A stretch of 64,000 nt of DNA from a virus (Duplodnaviria; Caudoviricetes), in the IMG/VR virus record IMGVR_UViG_3300010049_000011, positions 32,001 through 96,000 of that record. One strand, 5' to 3'. A model generated the notes under the pieces. It made no database searches and was not told where the DNA came from. It saw nothing but the letters and a program-made list of their open reading frames with translations. The position numbers and the translations under genes were made by a program. This document shows positions 1 to 9,801 of this stretch, piece after piece (position 1 is the stretch's first letter; every line of letters starts with the position of its first letter).

Positions 1-1
1 C

Positions 2-250
2 TACAGAGAGGCCTGCGATAAAGAAACTCTACTAATAGAGAAGGTTAACCAGAATCCTGAGGAATCTAAGGTTCGTAAGAGTGTGCTTAAGGCTATTCAG
101 TGCATAGATAGGTTAAAATACTTAGAGAAATTTAGCGCAATCTCTAATAGTCAAGAGAAGAAACTCCTGTGTAAGATCCTAGAGGAACTTTACGAGGATA
201 CTCGAGTCATAAGCCTTGTGTCGAGGGCTCGTATATTCAGGATCCGCTAA
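2..250 (+). CDS. Hypothetical protein, 5'-truncated by the window edge
   Basis: Open frame read by hand from position 2 (YREACDKETLL...) to TAA at 248-250. Confidence 0.5.
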   Translation, partial: YREACDKETLLIEKVNQNPEESKVRKSVLKAIQCIDRLKYLEKFSAISNSQEKKLLCKILEELYEDTRVISLVSRARIFRIR

Positions 251-266
251 TCTTCTAAGTCCCGAC

Positions 267-506
267 ATGAATTCTGAAAGATCTTTCTTTAAATCTTTAT
301 TTAACAACGTACATGGTAGACCGTGTCTCTGTTATGTAGTAGGAGCTATAGGTTTCGCATGGATAATGGTAGTTATGACAGTCGGATTGTTCTTAAAAGA
401 GTCTATGATAGATTCGTCCGTAATACAATTCTTCGGATTAACATTTTCTGGCATGATTATGTCAAAATCTATGACGGATACAATAGTAAAACCAACAAAG
501 GAGTAA
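267..506 (+). CDS. Small two-TM membrane protein (holin-like possible)
   Basis: Two hydrophobic segments; ATG at 267 follows the upstream stop; holin role is only a guess. Confidence 0.5.
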   Translation: MNSERSFFKSLFNNVHGRPCLCYVVGAIGFAWIMVVMTVGLFLKESMIDSSVIQFFGLTFSGMIMSKSMTDTIVKPTKE

Positions 507-508
507 AT

Positions 509-1174
509 ATGGTAAAAACTACAACCGGAGATAAATCTAGCATCTCTCTCTATAATCAATTAATAATTCTCGGAGTCCTAGCTGTTACAATAGCTTTTCT
601 CCCTCAGTTCTTTGGAATGGTCTTCTGGGACTATCCTTTTATGAACTCGATCTCTCACTCTGCTAACTCCTACGGAACATCTCCGATACTTCCCTTTATT
701 CTCGGATCGATGGCTGTGTTCTTCTTTGCGTATCAAGGTTATGACCGCACAGATCGTATCCTAGCCAAGCTAATGGCTGTGGGTGCTTTAGGTGTTGCGA
801 TGTTCCAGTGTAAGGGAGGTCCTATGCAGGGAGATCTAGCATCTATCCTTGCTCTCTCAAAAGATACTGCTAACCTCGTACACTCTCTCACGGCCCTCGT
901 TCTCTTCGTGTCCTACATTATTTGGGTTAGGTTCCAATTTACTAAGGGAATCTTAGATCAAAAGCAGACAGAAGGTAAGAAGAAACGTAACAAGGTCTAT
1001 AAGTATTGCGGTAATGCAGCATTCTTCGGGACTCTTGCTTACGGGGTCTTGACTCTAATCCCTGGAGTTCTCAAAGGTTTTGATGCCAACATCTGGGTTA
1101 TCGAAGTTATAATTCTTCTCCCTCTTGGGTTCGCGACTCTCGTTAAAGGTGGTTGCTTCCTTAAAGACAAATAA
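509..1174 (+). CDS. Multi-pass membrane protein (DUF998-like)
   Basis: AAGGAG SD before ATG 509; about 6 TM helices; SISH and H-x3-A-x2-F patterns. Confidence 0.65.
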   Translation: MVKTTTGDKSSISLYNQLIILGVLAVTIAFLPQFFGMVFWDYPFMNSISHSANSYGTSPILPFILGSMAVFFFAYQGYDRTDRILAKLMAVGALGVAMFQCKGGPMQGDLASILALSKDTANLVHSLTALVLFVSYIIWVRFQFTKGILDQKQTEGKKKRNKVYKYCGNAAFFGTLAYGVLTLIPGVLKGFDANIWVIEVIILLPLGFATLVKGGCFLKDK

Positions 1175-1196
1175 CTACATACAAACGTACCAAGAC

Positions 1197-1221
1197 AAGT
1201 CCCTGCTTCGGTAGGGACTTT
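1197..1221 (+). terminator. Rho-independent terminator with cUUCGg tetraloop
   Basis: AAGTCCCTGC-TTCG-GTAGGGACTT then T, just after the 509-1174 gene. Confidence 0.75.
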
Positions 1222-1237
1222 CTAAATCCTAACTAAT
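1220..1237 (+). promoter_or_regulatory. Putative late promoter (TTCTAAAY-N6-TAAT motif)
   Basis: TTCTAAATCCTAACTAAT, a repeated intergenic motif, upstream of the 1275 gene. Confidence 0.65.
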
Positions 1238-1274
1238 AATCTAGTTTATTCACTCGTTATCCCTAGGTGTCTTC

Positions 1275-2279
1275 GTGAAATTACTCACTCAAAAAGTTGC
1301 TAATCTTCTTAACTCGAAAAAATCCGAAATAGACAAACTCCAGGCCCCGAGCGACAAGCTTATAAAAGCGATGGAGTTGGTTCAGGACGCTGGTCTAGGT
1401 GTTGGTGTGATAGAGGGTGGAACAGTCCGTTTTAAGGGATCTGAAGGAGTAGATTTCATAATCCAACCAGGTAACGTACTAAGAGGTATCTACGAAGTTA
1501 TTCTTGTGGATAAAAAGCCTGAGGAAGCTGTGGTTGAGTCTGCTGCAATAAACAACTCTACATCTGAAGAAGCTATTAAGTACATGAGCGAGATCTTGAT
1601 GCGTTTAGTATGCTTATATTCTTTACTTAAACAGAAGCACTGGAACTCCAAGATCCAAGGAGAACATCTAGGATACGATGCCGCCGCTGATGAGATCTAT
1701 GAAACGATCGATGAGTTCGCGGAAGAATATTTTATGGCTCGTAATATCCCGACTCCTAATACAGTTGAGTTTGGCAACATACTAGCTTCTGGAGAACCCG
1801 AAGACCGCACTAAAGAGCTCTACAAGTTAATCAACACCGCCGCGACTAAAGAGGGTCTCTTAGACCCGTCAATGCAGTCTCTAGTTACAGGGGTTGGTGA
1901 AGAAGTTTCTCACGCAATGGGTTTCATACGACTAGCAGAGAACGGTGTTACTCCTGAAGCTGTTAGCGAGATGACTGCATCCGCAGCTATAACTCCAGCT
2001 ATGACTGCTGTGGGTGGTCAGAGAATGGAGATCGACGTTAAAGCAGATAAGAAAAAGAAAGTCGAAGAATCTGCCTCTGATAGGTCTAACGTCAAAGAGA
2101 TGATCTCTGAAGCAATAGATTGGATCGAGGACGCAAACGAGAATCTAGACAAGATTAAAGAGGTATCTAAATCAGAACCTGATCTAGTCAAGATCTACCG
2201 CGCTTCAAACCTACCCTCCATACTCAAGTCTTGTGCTCGTATGGCTAAGGACTACAGGAAGTCTGTCGAAGGGCTTTAG
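1275..2279 (+). CDS. Putative internal head protein with a central Dps/ferritin-like domain
   Basis: KHWN...EH..YD...I...IDEFAE ferritin-like pattern flanked by VVESA, VSEM and VEESA sites. Confidence 0.65.
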   Translation: MKLLTQKVANLLNSKKSEIDKLQAPSDKLIKAMELVQDAGLGVGVIEGGTVRFKGSEGVDFIIQPGNVLRGIYEVILVDKKPEEAVVESAAINNSTSEEAIKYMSEILMRLVCLYSLLKQKHWNSKIQGEHLGYDAAADEIYETIDEFAEEYFMARNIPTPNTVEFGNILASGEPEDRTKELYKLINTAATKEGLLDPSMQSLVTGVGEEVSHAMGFIRLAENGVTPEAVSEMTASAAITPAMTAVGGQRMEIDVKADKKKKVEESASDRSNVKEMISEAIDWIEDANENLDKIKEVSKSEPDLVKIYRASNLPSILKSCARMAKDYRKSVEGL

Positions 2280-2282
2280 CAC

Positions 2283-2972
2283 ATGAGAGTTCCTCTTCGT
2301 TTAATAGAGATGTACAGAGAATACAAGTCTAAGTCTAAATTCTCAGATTACGACAACGATAGAGACGTAACTAAGAAATCTAAGACAGGGTATACTCGCA
2401 AGAGAATAGAGGACATGAAACCCCACGAGAAGAAAAGGGCATGCAAGGAATCCTCTCGAACCCCTGAAGAAATTCGTAAAGAAATAAACGATCTACACAA
2501 TCTCTATGAAACTCAACTCCGACTTCCTACAGGAGATAGAGACTTTACGCCAGAAGAATTCGAAGACAAGCTAAGCTCTCTTGTTAAAGAACTCGAGACT
2601 TCCGGAGATGACGATCTTAGTAAGAGGTCTAGATCCGAAATCTCTCGAGAATCTAAGATAAAGCATTTGGCCGATCTAGACTCGAGAATTTGGAGAGCAG
2701 AAGATCGAGGAGATTGGGATTCTGTTAGATACTTCGAAAACAAAAAAGCTTCGTACTTAAAGGCGTCTGAGAAGAAGGTTCAAGAGTCTCTATATATATC
2801 GACTACATCCCTAGTAGAGGCGCAGATAGATCAAGGAGATAACGTGGAGTGGTTCTCTCACCACGGAAAAAGCCACGGGATCGTTGTCGGGGAAGACAAC
2901 ACCAGACTAGTAGTAGATTGGGATAACGGTGGAACATCTACTCAACTACCGAGATACTTAAGGAAAATATAG
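2283..2972 (+). CDS. Putative internal head protein with C-terminal SH3/KOW-like module
   Basis: LIEM, CKESS, VQESL and LVEAQ sites; GDNVEW...GIVVG...VVDWDNG module. Confidence 0.6.
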   Translation: MRVPLRLIEMYREYKSKSKFSDYDNDRDVTKKSKTGYTRKRIEDMKPHEKKRACKESSRTPEEIRKEINDLHNLYETQLRLPTGDRDFTPEEFEDKLSSLVKELETSGDDDLSKRSRSEISRESKIKHLADLDSRIWRAEDRGDWDSVRYFENKKASYLKASEKKVQESLYISTTSLVEAQIDQGDNVEWFSHHGKSHGIVVGEDNTRLVVDWDNGGTSTQLPRYLRKI

Positions 2973-2973
2973 C

Positions 2974-4734
2974 ATGGGACTTACTCATAAAGCTCAACTA
3001 CACGAAGGTTGGTTAAGAGACACAGCAGTAGCTGCTGGCACAGCTGGAGCAATTATGGCTGGCGCGGGTGCTTACAACAAGGCGAAGAATGCCCGAGCAG
3101 AACATTTCAGGGAGCTACCTAGAGAGAGCAAGGAACTCCTTCGAGACGACTATCTATCCCTCCCCAAGAACCCTTCGTTGGGTCAGTTTGTAGAGCATCG
3201 TAGGAGAGATTTAGGATCTACTAAATGGTTGGGTTGGAAACCTGGATACCTACTACCCGGAGCTCCGGCTAAAAAGGATGCATGGATAGAACATATATCT
3301 TCCTACCAGCTATCGGGCTCAGATTACAATAGAGCTGTTCAGGATTATTACGAAAAGTTCGGTAACGGATCTATTGCAGAATCTGTAGCAAGGGCTATGC
3401 TTATGGAGGACGACTCTGACGATGCGGCAGGTCTTGTGGACGCTCCTGTCCCTCCTGTAGACGATGCTTCTTTAGACGTGGGGGCTATGAACGAGTTCAA
3501 TGTGGGTGATGATGTAAACATGAGTGCTCCACCGAATACTGGGCCCGGCGCTCCTGATGTCGGAGGAGATGAAGAACGGATTCCTGATACAGAGATCTAT
3601 ATGCCAGAAGAGAGCACCCCTCCTAAGAGAGTGGGAACAATTATTGGGTTTGAAGAAGAAGTTAAAGACTATTCTGGTATTATTAAATTGATGCGAGAAG
3701 GAAAGTCAATCGAAGAAGCTCTAAACGTATCACACGAAGAGGAAAAGGAAGATGCAAAAGCAAAGAAGATCCGGGTTAGGTGGTCTGATGGAACGGAAAC
3801 CCTCGAGAACCCCTCAGTCCTCGCGATTGCAGAATCAGTTCCTTTCGTCCAGCAGAATCCAACCGAGATCCCCCTCGAGTCTAAAGATGAAGTCCTCAAG
3901 ACCTTCCTTAGGATGCTCGGAAGGATTTCAGATAAGCTTCCGAACCAAAATCTAAGCGAGATAGAGAATAGGATTGTTCCTGGTATATTCTCTTGGTTAT
4001 TCTCCCCCAAGACTAAGTATGCTAAAGGAGCTGTAGCCGTTCCAGAAGTGATTGACTACACGTCGTATACTGCAGGTTGTTGGCTTAACTCGATAGACTT
4101 CATGACTAATTATGGAGAGGACTACACTAATTACAAACTTGCTCACGGAGTGTGCTTCTCTGAAGACCAACTTAAGGCCTTGATAGATAAGTTAGACAAA
4201 GATCTTGTTCCGGTAAATTTCCACTTCGTAAAACATGGATTTATAGAAGTAGACGGAGATAAGATTTTCGACGCTACGCTGAAGGATAACACGAACTATT
4301 ACTATTTCTATAGGACAATCCCTGAAGAGATATGGAACTCGTTAAGATATACAATAAAGAAAGAACAAGGAGAATGGAATGTCGAAGATTTCGCTAACTA
4401 CACGGCAGCGCAGATCCTCGATTCTCGCATCGAGAGAGTTATTCCTTTACAGGAGGCGTATGTTAGGTTTACTTCGCTTTTGGAGTCTACGAAGTCTGAG
4501 GACGAGATAGAGGCTGATATCAACCACATCTTAGGATGGTACTTTGCTAAGGATGAGGACACCCGTTCCGAAACCGCTACATTCAATATGTTGAGGAAAT
4601 ACTTACAGGATAATAACCTCTCTGAGGAAGAATATAAGTGGGCTTTCGATCTATTAGACAGGAACTGGAGCGATAAGTATAAGAACTACGACGCTCTCTG
4701 GGACTCCGTAATGGAGAAGAAACGTGCAAATTAG
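2974..4734 (+). CDS. Putative modular internal head protein
   Basis: 586 aa; LHEG, IAESV x2, LMED, LQEAY, LLEST and VMEK sites separate distinct segments. Confidence 0.6.
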   Translation: MGLTHKAQLHEGWLRDTAVAAGTAGAIMAGAGAYNKAKNARAEHFRELPRESKELLRDDYLSLPKNPSLGQFVEHRRRDLGSTKWLGWKPGYLLPGAPAKKDAWIEHISSYQLSGSDYNRAVQDYYEKFGNGSIAESVARAMLMEDDSDDAAGLVDAPVPPVDDASLDVGAMNEFNVGDDVNMSAPPNTGPGAPDVGGDEERIPDTEIYMPEESTPPKRVGTIIGFEEEVKDYSGIIKLMREGKSIEEALNVSHEEEKEDAKAKKIRVRWSDGTETLENPSVLAIAESVPFVQQNPTEIPLESKDEVLKTFLRMLGRISDKLPNQNLSEIENRIVPGIFSWLFSPKTKYAKGAVAVPEVIDYTSYTAGCWLNSIDFMTNYGEDYTNYKLAHGVCFSEDQLKALIDKLDKDLVPVNFHFVKHGFIEVDGDKIFDATLKDNTNYYYFYRTIPEEIWNSLRYTIKKEQGEWNVEDFANYTAAQILDSRIERVIPLQEAYVRFTSLLESTKSEDEIEADINHILGWYFAKDEDTRSETATFNMLRKYLQDNNLSEEEYKWAFDLLDRNWSDKYKNYDALWDSVMEKKRAN

Positions 4735-4912
4735 AGACCCTATGAGGATCGATGCGTTTTTAGAGAGTATCGGAACTTACTGGAAGAATAATCCCGATTT
4801 AAGATTTTACCAGATGTTGTTTAACTTAGGTATCTACGATCCTAAGAGAGATCAATACAACGATGAGGAGTCTCACTTTGTTATCGACGTTACAAGAACG
4901 GAACCTATATAA
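4724..4912 (+). CDS. Small conserved phage protein (DUF1040/YihD-like)
   Basis: RDPxRI...W...PDLRFxQ motif. Confidence 0.6.
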   Translation: MQIRDPMRIDAFLESIGTYWKNNPDLRFYQMLFNLGIYDPKRDQYNDEESHFVIDVTRTEPI

Positions 4913-5087
4913 GAAGACCTTAGAGATCGTTGAGAGTGAATCTTCCCGATTACTGGGACTGCAACGTTCAAATATCTCTACAGAGGGCCGCCTTAAGCGT
5001 GTAAATACTCACCAGATAGACGGTACTCAGCCGATACTTCCTCTTAGAGGTCAAGCTGCAGCTAAGAAATTCAACCAGGTAGCTTAG
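4863..5087 (+). CDS. Hypothetical protein
   Basis: 74-aa ORF filling the gap before the next promoter motif; contains LQER and IVES. Confidence 0.45.
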   Translation: MRSLTLLSTLQERNLYKKTLEIVESESSRLLGLQRSNISTEGRLKRVNTHQIDGTQPILPLRGQAAAKKFNQVA

Positions 5088-5105
5088 GTTATACCTAGGG
5101 AATTG

Positions 5106-5123
5106 TTCTAAATCCTAGTTAAT
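5106..5123 (+). promoter_or_regulatory. Putative late promoter
   Basis: TTCTAAATCCTAGTTAAT; the context CCTAGGGAATTG..TTCTAAATCCTAGTTAATTT is near-identical to 11862-11894. Confidence 0.7.
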
Positions 5124-5164
5124 TTCTCTCTATTATGTGTAAATATTCCTAAGGAATACGAATT

Positions 5165-7264
5165 ATGGCTCTCAAAGCTCTAAAAGAAGCTCTAACCGCT
5201 GTAGCAGCAAATCTCACGTACGACTGGACTCAAAAAACCTGGAAGGTCTCTAATAGAGATTCCGGAGAAGTCCTTGTTCAAGGTAATCGCTTTAAGGTTG
5301 CCTCTTACATGCATTCTATGGGCGCAAGAATAATGCAGCCCACTCGTCAGATGTCTGGGTTCTCGACGTCCTATCCGAATTTTAACGCTCTCCCCGATCT
5401 CTGGCATATGGGTGTCGAGGCTCTCTTGAACTTGTTCCTTGTTCGCGGTATGGAAAACGAGACGATTGAAATTATGCTCTACCCCCGCACGTACATAAAA
5501 GAAGGTGAGGAGCTTAAGTCTGCTGTATTGTTTGCGCAGCTCAAGGATAACTTACAGGATCAGAAAGTAGTCAATAAACTTACAGTCTACGTTCCAGTCA
5601 GTGCAGAAGAGAACATTGAATTCGCTATTCATGCTGACAAGATACACGAGCTCGAAGTAGGACGTGAAGATCTATCTGTGTTGAACGATCTAGTCGTTAT
5701 GTTGAACGATAAACAGCTCCCAGTTAATTCTCTAGATATACTCAACTCCTATGACGAATCCGGGGTATATACATTCGAGTTCGAAGCCCCGAATAAGATC
5801 GTCCGTAAAGAAGATATAAAGACGGTAAAGAAGTTCGAGATCCTGTTTAAGGACGCAGACCAAATCAACAAGTTTATCGAGGACTTCAAAGTCGCTGAGA
5901 TCTACGCTGATTCAATCGTTTATCACGATTCCTTAATTGCTAAGGAAGATGGGTCCTTTGTCCTGTGTATTAAGTCTACCGACAAGCTCAAACCGTATCT
6001 CGGTAATAAGGGACTCAAATTCGTGGTTGAAGAGGAAGCTCTATCCAATCTGCCGGATAACTTCGAAGACCTCTCTATAGACGATCTAGTCAACTTCTCG
6101 GTTAAAAATCTTGCTGCACGTAAGTTCCTCATAAAATCTCACTCAGTCTACGGCGCGTTCCCTCTGTGTGGTTGGGAATCTATGTCTGAGAAGACGGCTA
6201 AGTCTGAGTTCATGAGGATGAACCCTAAATACAAGGAAGAAAACATCGAGGTTGTAGTTGCTGGAGATATCTCTACAGCACCTTCCGGGGTTATTTATGA
6301 AGCTGTTGAAGACTTAAATCTACACTTCGAGAAGAGAATAGACGGTAATCTGGTTGTCGCTACACCTAAGATGGTTGGTGGCTCTCTTGTGGTCGTTGAT
6401 AACGATGGTAACTTCTTGGAGATCAATCCAGAGTTGTCTGTAGACTCTCTGATCGCTGAGATGCAGAATAACGGATGGGTCATGATCCGTGACGTAAGAG
6501 AATCTTCCCCAGAAGTTATTGCGTTAGTTGAAGCTGTCGACGACGATTTTATAGCGAACGTTAGAGACAACTTCCTAGCCTCCAACGGATCTGTCGGAGA
6601 GGTAGATTTTGCGATATCTGCTCTGAAACCCCTCGGATTCTCTAACGAGAAGGCTGAGGCTGAAGTAGGTAAGTGGATCGCAGGGACAAAGAAATGGCAG
6701 AACCTCGATAAGTCTAGAGACGAGAAACGCCAGAAGACTCTAGATACTGTCGCTAAGGCCCGAGATGTCCGCGCTGCTCAGTTGGCTGCTAAGACACAAG
6801 TTAAGGAATCATCTTACGAGATCGGAGACGCTTACTACGACGGTAACTTAGACCTCTATGGAGACATAACAGACTCTGTTAAATGTGACGAGGAAGGGTT
6901 CTTTATTCGTGTGCGTTTCGAGGACGGGAAAGAGAGGGTTGTTAGGTTGGAAGAATCTATAGATCTAAACTATTCCAAGAGCTCGGTCGACGAATTAGGA
7001 GATGACTTAGAGTTCTGGCGTAAGAGAGAGGAATCTTCAGACCGAGAGTATCGTGAACAAGCAGCTAAGAGAATCCCCTTAATTCTTAAAGAACTTAAGA
7101 AGAGAAGTGGGGTTACCGAATCCTCCCCGTTCAAGCCCGGAGACACGATAGAGACCTCGGATGGTGAAGTCGAAGTTTCAGGAGTCGCGGATAAGGACGG
7201 CAAGACTACCTTAATAACTAAAGATTCGAGCGGCGAGAAATCAACCCTCGAAATTAAAGAATAA
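5165..7264 (+). CDS. Large modular putative internal head protein
   Basis: AAGGA SD; LKEA, IYEA, VRESS, LVEA, VKESS, LEESI and VTESS sites bound short C-terminal modules. Confidence 0.65.
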   Translation: MALKALKEALTAVAANLTYDWTQKTWKVSNRDSGEVLVQGNRFKVASYMHSMGARIMQPTRQMSGFSTSYPNFNALPDLWHMGVEALLNLFLVRGMENETIEIMLYPRTYIKEGEELKSAVLFAQLKDNLQDQKVVNKLTVYVPVSAEENIEFAIHADKIHELEVGREDLSVLNDLVVMLNDKQLPVNSLDILNSYDESGVYTFEFEAPNKIVRKEDIKTVKKFEILFKDADQINKFIEDFKVAEIYADSIVYHDSLIAKEDGSFVLCIKSTDKLKPYLGNKGLKFVVEEEALSNLPDNFEDLSIDDLVNFSVKNLAARKFLIKSHSVYGAFPLCGWESMSEKTAKSEFMRMNPKYKEENIEVVVAGDISTAPSGVIYEAVEDLNLHFEKRIDGNLVVATPKMVGGSLVVVDNDGNFLEINPELSVDSLIAEMQNNGWVMIRDVRESSPEVIALVEAVDDDFIANVRDNFLASNGSVGEVDFAISALKPLGFSNEKAEAEVGKWIAGTKKWQNLDKSRDEKRQKTLDTVAKARDVRAAQLAAKTQVKESSYEIGDAYYDGNLDLYGDITDSVKCDEEGFFIRVRFEDGKERVVRLEESIDLNYSKSSVDELGDDLEFWRKREESSDREYREQAAKRIPLILKELKKRSGVTESSPFKPGDTIETSDGEVEVSGVADKDGKTTLITKDSSGEKSTLEIKE

Positions 7265-7284
7265 GTTTAACTAAAAGGAATACG

Positions 7285-8307
7285 ATGACAACCAACAACA
7301 CCGTAAATAACGCATTTACTAAAGAAGAGAATAAAATGGTCAAGAACAACGAGTCGAAGACCGATAAAATAGAGCAGTCAGTTAATAACGCTCAGAAGGT
7401 TCGTCAATCTGATCCTAAAGGTGAGAACGCCAAGCTTGTTAAGACTCCTGTAAGAGAGTCTGATTCTTCTCTTATTCGCACCGCTCGTAGGCTTCGTGAC
7501 GAGAATCCTGGTATGACTGTCGAAAAGTCTACAGAAAAGGCTAAGAAAATTCCTCAGAACATGAGAGAGTCTCGTATGGACGTAGTCAGCCATAACGTGG
7601 GAGACCGGGTCAAGTGGTGGAATCCTAACGAACCTATGACGGGTTCCGTAACAGGTCTCGCGAAGGATAGGAACGACCCCCGTCTCGTCTCTTATAAAGT
7701 AAAGTGGGACAACGGGAAACATGAAGGACAGTTCGCTCCAAACATGTTGATTGCAGAATCCGTTAAGACTCCTATCCAGAAACTAGTCGAGTCTTACATG
7801 CTTGCAGAATGCTACGAACTTCACATAACCTATAGGGATGGGTCCAAGGGTGTTGTAGATGTTGAAGGCACGATGGACGAGATCTTGTATCAGGCAGCTA
7901 AGATTAAGAGTGATGAAGACGCGCACGTTGACATCGTTAAGGTAGACATTAAAGAGTCAGTTAGGAATGTTAATACCTCGACGGTTGGAAGGGAACCTGC
8001 GAACATCGCTAAGGCCCCAGATAATGTACGGGATCCTCGCGAACTGAATAACGTTAAGAATGCCCCAGTAAAGGGAGCTGCTGAAGGTACGTATATTAAA
8101 GAATCTACCTATAAGACAGACAAGAATAACGATCTAGACTTCCCCGCTATGACTGCTGAAGAATTGGAGGATGTTATAGAAAGTCTCCAGGATCAGATGC
8201 ATGGTCCGAGCCATGCATCTCGTATAGCTGCTCAAGAAGACTACGAAAGGGCTTTAGAGGAATATACGAAACGCCAAAACAATCATCTAACAAGTGAAGA
8301 GTACTAA
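7285..8307 (+). CDS. Modular putative internal head protein
   Basis: AAGGA SD; VRESD, MRESR, IAESV, LVESY, LAEC, IKESV and IKEST sites; SH3-like VGDRVKW...VKWDNG module. Confidence 0.65.
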   Translation: MTTNNTVNNAFTKEENKMVKNNESKTDKIEQSVNNAQKVRQSDPKGENAKLVKTPVRESDSSLIRTARRLRDENPGMTVEKSTEKAKKIPQNMRESRMDVVSHNVGDRVKWWNPNEPMTGSVTGLAKDRNDPRLVSYKVKWDNGKHEGQFAPNMLIAESVKTPIQKLVESYMLAECYELHITYRDGSKGVVDVEGTMDEILYQAAKIKSDEDAHVDIVKVDIKESVRNVNTSTVGREPANIAKAPDNVRDPRELNNVKNAPVKGAAEGTYIKESTYKTDKNNDLDFPAMTAEELEDVIESLQDQMHGPSHASRIAAQEDYERALEEYTKRQNNHLTSEEY

Positions 8308-8778
8308 GTGGCAACCTTTAAGGAACTTCTCGCTAACGTAGGACACGTCCTTCCGACAATAAGAAGGAACGCAGATTACGTACCCGATAAGATCTATGAC
8401 TTAAAGGTTATGCCCTACGTGGGAACTAAATCAATCTTATTCTCTGGGTTCATCCATTCGGCCGAAAACAACAAGAGATATTCTTGTCAGATGGCCTTTT
8501 ATGGAATAGATGATCCTGAGAATTCCTTTCCTAGCGCTAGTGAGAACGTCTGCAGATGTAGGTGTTCGTGTATGTTTTTTAGATTCGTCTTTGGGTGGGC
8601 TAATAAGATTGCAGGGGCGTTACAGGGCGCTGCGTTCCCTCCTTACGTGAGGAAGACCCCACTCCCTCCTGCTAAAGGAGCCAGACCGCAATGGAATCCC
8701 GCAGACCTTCCGGGTCTCTGTAAACATCTCATAGTGTTTGGTAACGAACTTATGATGTCGGGAAGAATTAAACCTTAG
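8308..8778 (+). CDS. SWIM-type zinc-finger protein
   Basis: CRCSCxFF...LCKH motif. Confidence 0.65.
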   Translation: MATFKELLANVGHVLPTIRRNADYVPDKIYDLKVMPYVGTKSILFSGFIHSAENNKRYSCQMAFYGIDDPENSFPSASENVCRCRCSCMFFRFVFGWANKIAGALQGAAFPPYVRKTPLPPAKGARPQWNPADLPGLCKHLIVFGNELMMSGRIKP

Positions 8779-8792
8779 GAGTACCTACTACT

Positions 8793-9152
8793 ATGAAAGT
8801 CAGAGTAATATCGCAAGACGCAAACGGCAACAACATAACTAACGAGACTCTTGAAGTAAGAAGCTGGAGGAAACTCAAAGATCTCCTCCAGGAAGAAGAA
8901 GCTGCTTTCGCACAGGCTGAAGAAAAGTTCACGGGAGAAGGTAATACTCCTTTCGAATTTTATGGACCTGTAACAGGAGCTAAGTGGGAACTTCAAGGAT
9001 CTATAAAAGTAGTTGACGAATCCACCGGAGCAGAGTATTATTGGACGGGAGATGATTTCGATCCTATTGGAGATGCTCAGAATATCAACATCACGGAATC
9101 TCTTTCCAACTCTCTTTACGATAAGACTCTAAGATTGGTGGAATCTCTATAG
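8793..9152 (+). CDS. Hypothetical, putative head-associated protein
   Basis: AGGAG SD; ends ITESL...LVESL. Confidence 0.55.
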   Translation: MKVRVISQDANGNNITNETLEVRSWRKLKDLLQEEEAAFAQAEEKFTGEGNTPFEFYGPVTGAKWELQGSIKVVDESTGAEYYWTGDDFDPIGDAQNINITESLSNSLYDKTLRLVESL

Positions 9153-9164
9153 ATAGGATGTAAT

Positions 9165-9800
9165 ATGCATAAAGATTCAGTACGTCAACTAGTCGAACAT
9201 TACCTCCTAAAGGAAGAGCAGGAGTATAGAGGGTGGTATCCTTCCTTCACGGTGGTTGATAACGAGAAAACCGGAGACAGCTTAGACACTAGCGGTAAAG
9301 AGTTCTGGATACTTTGGGTAGCCAACACAGACCAAGTACGCCTCAGGATTAAAGAAGGTAAGATAAGCGATATAATGGGTACGTCTGAATATACAACTAC
9401 CCTCTCAGATCTGGACGTGAACTTTACGAACCTTGGAATAAAAGAGGATCTATCGACCTTGGCGGAGAAACATCTAGCAGAAGGTGGGTGTCTTTTAGTG
9501 TGTCAGGATTACATTACCACAACAGACCGATTCGGTCAGTCTACTAACTTCATGCCTGGAGACGAAGTACTAATACAGCAATCCTACCACGACCCCGAAG
9601 ATTTCGGAATAGCTATCTGGAACAAGTATGGAAAAGAGTCTCTGAACGATGCATTCGGGTTCGACGAGAAATGGTGGCAGGAAGAGCAAGGGAAGACTCC
9701 AGAGAATTACGAGTATTCTGGCTGGGAGCCTGGAGAAGGAGCTTGGATATTTAAGAGAAACGAACTAAATAAACTGAAGAAATATTTTGAGGTGAAATAA
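9165..9800 (+). CDS. Hypothetical, putative head-associated protein
   Basis: AGGA SD; N-terminal LVEHYLLKE leader; internal IKEDLSTLAEKHLAEG. Confidence 0.55.
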   Translation: MHKDSVRQLVEHYLLKEEQEYRGWYPSFTVVDNEKTGDSLDTSGKEFWILWVANTDQVRLRIKEGKISDIMGTSEYTTTLSDLDVNFTNLGIKEDLSTLAEKHLAEGGCLLVCQDYITTTDRFGQSTNFMPGDEVLIQQSYHDPEDFGIAIWNKYGKESLNDAFGFDEKWWQEEQGKTPENYEYSGWEPGEGAWIFKRNELNKLKKYFEVK

Positions 9801-9801
9801 C

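Noticed and set aside
323-508. Longer N-termini in the ORF track (also starts 15883, 51977, 54399 and 50592)
   Set aside because: Downstream starts have SD motifs and avoid overlap with upstream genes, terminators or promoters
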